Source: Octopus sinensis
Taxonomy: Eukaryota
Length of the DNA stretch: 64,000 nucleotides
Assembly: GCF_006345805.1 (NCBI RefSeq)
Contig: NC_043023.1
Span: forward strand, 4,774,001-4,838,000
Direction: 5' to 3'
A program made the position numbers and the translations under genes. This document shows, piece after piece, positions 11,590 through 64,000 of this stretch. Below the pieces are notes generated by a model. It did not search any database. It worked only from the letters and a program-made list of their open reading frames with translations, and was not told where the DNA came from. Every line of letters starts with the position of its first letter. Within the stretch, counting starts at the first letter, position 1.

Positions 11590-13065
11590 GGTCTTAACAG
11601 AACCATTTAGTTGGGAAGCAAGCTTCTTTATCTCTTTTAAATTGCCATAAAGGCATTACATAGAGGGGGACACTACAACACATGTGGGAGCATATAACAA
11701 TTAAAATAAAAATATGATGCTTTGAATGACACATGAAAATGGACATGAAAAACATTAAAATCAAAATATTAAAATAATGATACATGAATGATAATTTGAG
11801 AAATGAGAATATGAAAAGTGTGTTACTCACCCCACACTGAGTAATACCACTCACCACCTCTGAGTCCTGAGTCCTCTTTAGTCTTTGATCTAGTCTTTCG
11901 TTTACCATTCTCCCCATCGCTGAGTGACAACACTCTCTCCTCTATGTACACATAACCTTTTTTCACCAGGGGAGGGGTCTTGTAAATTTTGTGGTGTCTG
12001 TTTTTTCTTCTTCTTTTTTTCCAATGGGGTGAGGGGGGTGTCTGTATAGGGAGGGTGGGTCTGAGGAGTTTTGGGTGGGATGGAGTTGGTCTGGGGTCCC
12101 ACATCACACTGACTGTTCTTCCTCTTCTTTCTCTTTTTCCTTTTATTCTCTGTCCATTCATCCTCCTTGATCCTTCCATCAATCTGTACTTCTTCCTTTT
12201 TCTTCTCCATCTCCACCACCGCTTCTTCTGTTGTTTTCCTCTGCAGAGGGCAGTGTGCTTTAATGTGGCCCATTTGGCCACATTTAAAACATTGTGGGTT
12301 TCTGCCCTCCACCTATAGTCTTAACACCAAACTCTCCAATTGCCTCTCCTCTGCCTGTATAATGAGGTCCAGTGTTTTTCCTCTCCATCCTCCATTTCCG
12401 TGGCTTGGAGGACAGCCACCTTCTCCTCACTTCCAATGAGGACAGCTGGCACAACCCAAGCCACTTCTATATCAGGTGGAATTCCTTCTACCCACACCTT
12501 AAAAGTCTTTCATCCAAAGTATGTGGGTAGAAGTACCACTTCCTCCATTTTTACCGTTGCACTTGCCAGCCTCTTTAACTCCTCTGCTGTCCTAAAGTGG
12601 ACAACCACCTTCCCATATACATTTTCTTTCGCTATGTATGTCACTTCCTTCGAAAGCCCCTTCAATGCTTTTTCTACTTTTTCCATCTCCATCCGCTCCA
12701 CCTTCCTACTCTCCACTGAGTACAGAAGTCTTCTTTTCCATATTTTCCATAACCCTTTTCGGGGGTAATAACTTCATGCCACCGCCCACCTTCTGTGTCA
12801 TCTTACTCAGCTACTTCAGTCCGGCTAGGTCCACCTCCCTTTTTTTCACCTCTGCAGCCTCAGCAAAACTCTTTACTCTTTCCAAATGCTCATCCATTCT
12901 ATTTACCACCTTAATGAGCTCCTCCTCTGCTGAGGACAGCTCACACTCGCTAAGGTCCAAATACATTCCTTTCCACCGGTTCAACACTCACCGACAAACC
13001 ACTGCCAAACAGCTCAAAAAATTCTGTCCGACTCATCAAATATCAACACTGCAAATAGACTGACA
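11590..13065 (-). mobile_element. Degenerate gag/ORF1-like retroelement with CCHC zinc knuckle; no ORF2 visible
   Basis: Broken ORF from ATG 12966 (MYLDLSECELSS...) to CFKCGQMGHIKAHCP and a Lys-rich tail; stops and frameshifts. Confidence 0.65.
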
Positions 13066-13402
13066 CATTCGCAGGAAGCAAGCTTCTTACCACACAACCT
13101 ATATATATATATAATTATATAATTATGTATATATATATATACAGGGAAAGTTTACGAAAAAACAAAAGACAAAGACAGTTGGTGTACAAAACAAACAGAT
13201 GTATTAGTATAACGCTCAGGAATAGAAAAAGTCTTTTACGTTTCGAGCCTATGCTCGTCTACAGAAAGGGACGCAGAAAAAAAAAGGAGAGAAACACGGA
13301 GAGAAAAAGATGTGTGTAGTGGCTAACGACACACACATGCATACATACATACATGCACATGTATGTGTGTGTGTATATACATGCATATACATGTATATAT
13401 AT

Positions 13403-13452
<50 letters not shown>

Positions 13453-13509
13453 GGGGGGGGGGCAAAGGAAAGTAATTGCGTCACTCATAGCCTCTCCTCT
13501 CCAGGTGTA

Positions 13510-14185
13510 ATGGTCGCTGCAGAACTTCTACTTGGCTGCGCCTTGTGGAAAGTTCTTGCTAATGGCCTCTCCTGCACTACTGTGTCCACAGCAGCACCTT
13601 CATGCGGTACCCCCTGTTCTCACTGAGCCTGCTGTGTGGCGCGACCGGGTGCTTGGCGGTATAACCAGGTGGGCAGACTGGGCTCGTTAGCCTTGGTTGG
13701 CAGCCAGTCTAGGAGAAGGAAAACTCTGACTCCAAACCCTCACTCCGCTGCCTTGCGGATGCTCTTGGGAGAGGGAAAGGCTATGGGAGTAAACCCAGAC
13801 AGAAAATCCGGAGTGGAGCCCCGAAGGCAGTAGGGTGTCGAATCTTGACCCCTTTCCGGCAACTCCTGCAGCCAACCAGATTCCAAACGTACTGCACTGC
13901 ATTCCTTTGGATTATGTCTGGGGGGCCGAGAGGGAGATTCTGGTGTCTGGGCAGCCCAGTGTCTTCGTTTCTACCGCCCAGGCTTGCGCCATGGAGAAAC
14001 TACTCCATCGATGGAACAAGCTGAGATGGCAGTTACGAGTTATAAGCCAGGGTGAATTGGCGTAATCCCGGGCGCTACAGGCCGTCTCTAACGGTGGGAG
14101 GGATCATTGAAGTCCCACTGGTCAGCTACCGCCCGCCTTAAGCTGGGCAGCCCCCGGCCAATAATGGTGCTGACCCGCCACAGAC
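13510..14185 (+). mobile_element. GC-rich putative 5' region of an RTE/Expander-type LINE
   Basis: Motif GGCAGCCAGTCTAGGAGAAGGAAAACTCTGACTCCAAACC recalled from RTE 5' ends; not verified by search. Confidence 0.45.
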
Positions 14186-14322
14186 TGCCCGCTTCAATGG
14201 GTGCTTGGAGCTAGGACAAAATCTGAAAAGCAGACTGAAAACCCTGCACCAGCAAACAAAGGAAAAACAAACACCCAGTCACCAGTCTTGCGACTGGCCA
14301 AGAAATTAAGATATATATATAT

Positions 14323-14369
<47 letters not shown>

Positions 14370-14370
14370 C

Positions 14371-14413
<43 letters not shown>

Positions 14414-14499
14414 ATAAAATATTAGGGAATAAATCCAAACTTACAGGGAAAAATCAGATTTAGGATTAAATCCAATTTTATAGTAAAATATATTATATC

Positions 14500-14778
14500 A
14501 TATTATATTAAATTAGAGATAAAACCACTATTAGGCAAATCAAACTGAAAAACATAAGCCAATACATAAAATTAATTAATTTATATTATTTTAAATATAT
14601 ATCAAAAGTATTAAAAGTTTAATAAAAGATATCTTTTATTTTAATATCTTTTATTAAACTTTTAATACTTTTGATATATATTTAAAATAATATAAATTAA
14701 TTAATTTTATGTATTGGCTTATGTTTTTCATGGTTTGATTTGCCTAATAGTGGTTTTATCTCTAATTTAATATAATAT
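14500..14778. repeat. AT-rich inverted duplication, arms 14500-14632 / 14644-14778, one 2-nt indel
   Basis: ATATTATATTAAATTAGAGATAAAACCACTATTAGGCAAATC... mirrored by ...GATTTGCCTAATAGTGGTTTTATCTCTAATTTAATATAATAT. Confidence 0.93.
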
Positions 14779-15385
14779 ATATATATATATGTATAAATAT
14801 ATATATATAAATATATATAGGTGGACATAAATATATATATGTATAAATACAAATTGAGATAGGGGTTGTAAATGCAACCCTCCATGGCATAACATATATC
14901 CAATATACTGCTAGTGAAGTACCCAACAAAGTTAATACATAAATGCTTACAATTGCAATGCAATTAATTCATTTATTGTATTATATGGGCAAAGGTAAAA
15001 TGTTTTACCACAAATTCATAATACAAAATATTTTGTATATGTATAAATATATATATATAAATATATATATGTGTGTATATATATGTGTGTGTGTGTGTAT
15101 ACACACACACGCGCACGCACACACACATATATGGGGGAAGAGAGGAAGAAAAACAAGCGTGAGAGCGAAAACAGGCGAGGAAATGGATAAAGAAACACCA
15201 TAGTATATTTCATACATGTATTTCACACATTCCCAGAAAATTTCCATTTTCAATTTCATAGAAAAAAAAACATTCTTCTTCCTGGTTTAAAAGTCAGTTT
15301 CACTTTTCAGTTGGTTATTTATTTTCCATGATTAGCAGCGGCCTTTCTTGTTGTCACACTACATAAGGGACATTAAGGACTAAAA

Positions 15386-62937
<47,552 letters not shown>

Positions 62938-64000
62938 GTAAGTCTTCGGCATTTTCTTGTTCCACTTGAAAATGAGTTGAAAGAGGGAAGTGCAGTCCTT
63001 TGTAAATTTATTCTTTTACTTGTTTCAGTCATTAAACTGCAGCCATGCTGGAGCAATGCCTTGAAGGGTTTTAGTCAAACAAATCAACCCCAGGGCTTAT
63101 TTTTCTAAAGCTTAGTACTTATTCTATCAGTCATTTTTGCTGAACTGCTAAGTATATTGTCAGCCACCAAGGAACATGCTCAGCTGGTTAAAGTCAAACT
63201 ACTAACAAGAAAATCTGTGGTATTGAGCAGAATATTTGCTGTAGAGAAAACATGTGCATGATAGCACTTCCAATCAGTTAAGATCAGAGGCCATGAAAGC
63301 TACTGCCTGGTACTACATCAAGGAATTTTTATTATTATTATTATTATTAAGAAGCAGAAGAAAGTGGTGGTGAGCTGGTAAAATCATTAGAATGCCAGCA
63401 AAAAAATGCTTTGTGGGATTTCTTTTGGTTTCACATTCTGAGTTCAAATTCCACTGATATCAACTTTGTCTTTCATCCTTTCAGATTCAATAAACTAAAT
63501 GTGAATTAAACACCAGGCTTGATGTGATTGACCCTCTAAAATGTCAGGCTTTTGCCTAGATAGAAAAGATTGTTATTATTACTTATATTATAAAAGTGGT
63601 GAGATGGCATAACCGTTGGCAGGCGCGGTAAAATGCTTGGCAGCATTTCGTCCATCTTTACATTCTGAGTTCAAATTCTGCCAGGCTTTTACTCTTTCTT
63701 TGCTTTTACTCTTTCAGGGTCAATAATTAAGTACCAGCTGAGTACTGGGGTCAATGTTATCAACTAGTTCCCTCCTTACAAATTTCAGGCCTTTGTACCT
63801 TAAGTAGAAAGGATTATTATTATTATTATTATTAATGTGGTGAACTGGCAGAATCATTAGCACGCCTGACGAAATACAGCATTTTGCCTCTCTTCTTGTT
63901 CCGAGTTCAAATGCCACCAAGGTCAACTTTGCTTCTCATTGTTTTGGGGTCAATGAAATAAGTACCAGTTGAGTAATCAATTATCCCCCTCTTTCAAATT

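Noticed and set aside
15100-15385. Defined PARN promoter or TSS
   Set aside because: Mild CpG enrichment only; no core element can be placed from sequence alone.

Overview
AT-rich, repeat-dense animal genomic DNA. The SINE families look like Octopus repeats, but that is from recall and not a search. The only host gene is PARN (poly(A)-specific ribonuclease) on the + strand: ATG at 15386 and 18 coding exons read by hand to 62937, all introns GT-AG with consistent phases (1474 nt, about 491 codons); the gene runs past the window end. The DEDDh nuclease motifs and the RRM tryptophans are intact. The rest is a transposon landscape: Gypsy LTR remnants, RTE, CR1 and Penelope fragments, a TTAA-bounded degenerate piggyBac splitting an RTE, mariner pieces, a nested Helitron pair, MITEs, several SINE families and a 5S-derived element. 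The most striking unexplained structure is a set of TA-microsatellite-associated elements carrying type I hammerhead ribozyme folds with palindromic helix III and long loop II (35495-35582 with a perfect mirror copy at 35005-35092, and 7361-7493). Both sit beside inverted duplications with small junction palindromes, and a third such duplication lies at 14500-14778. One hammerhead is on the sense strand of PARN intron 4.
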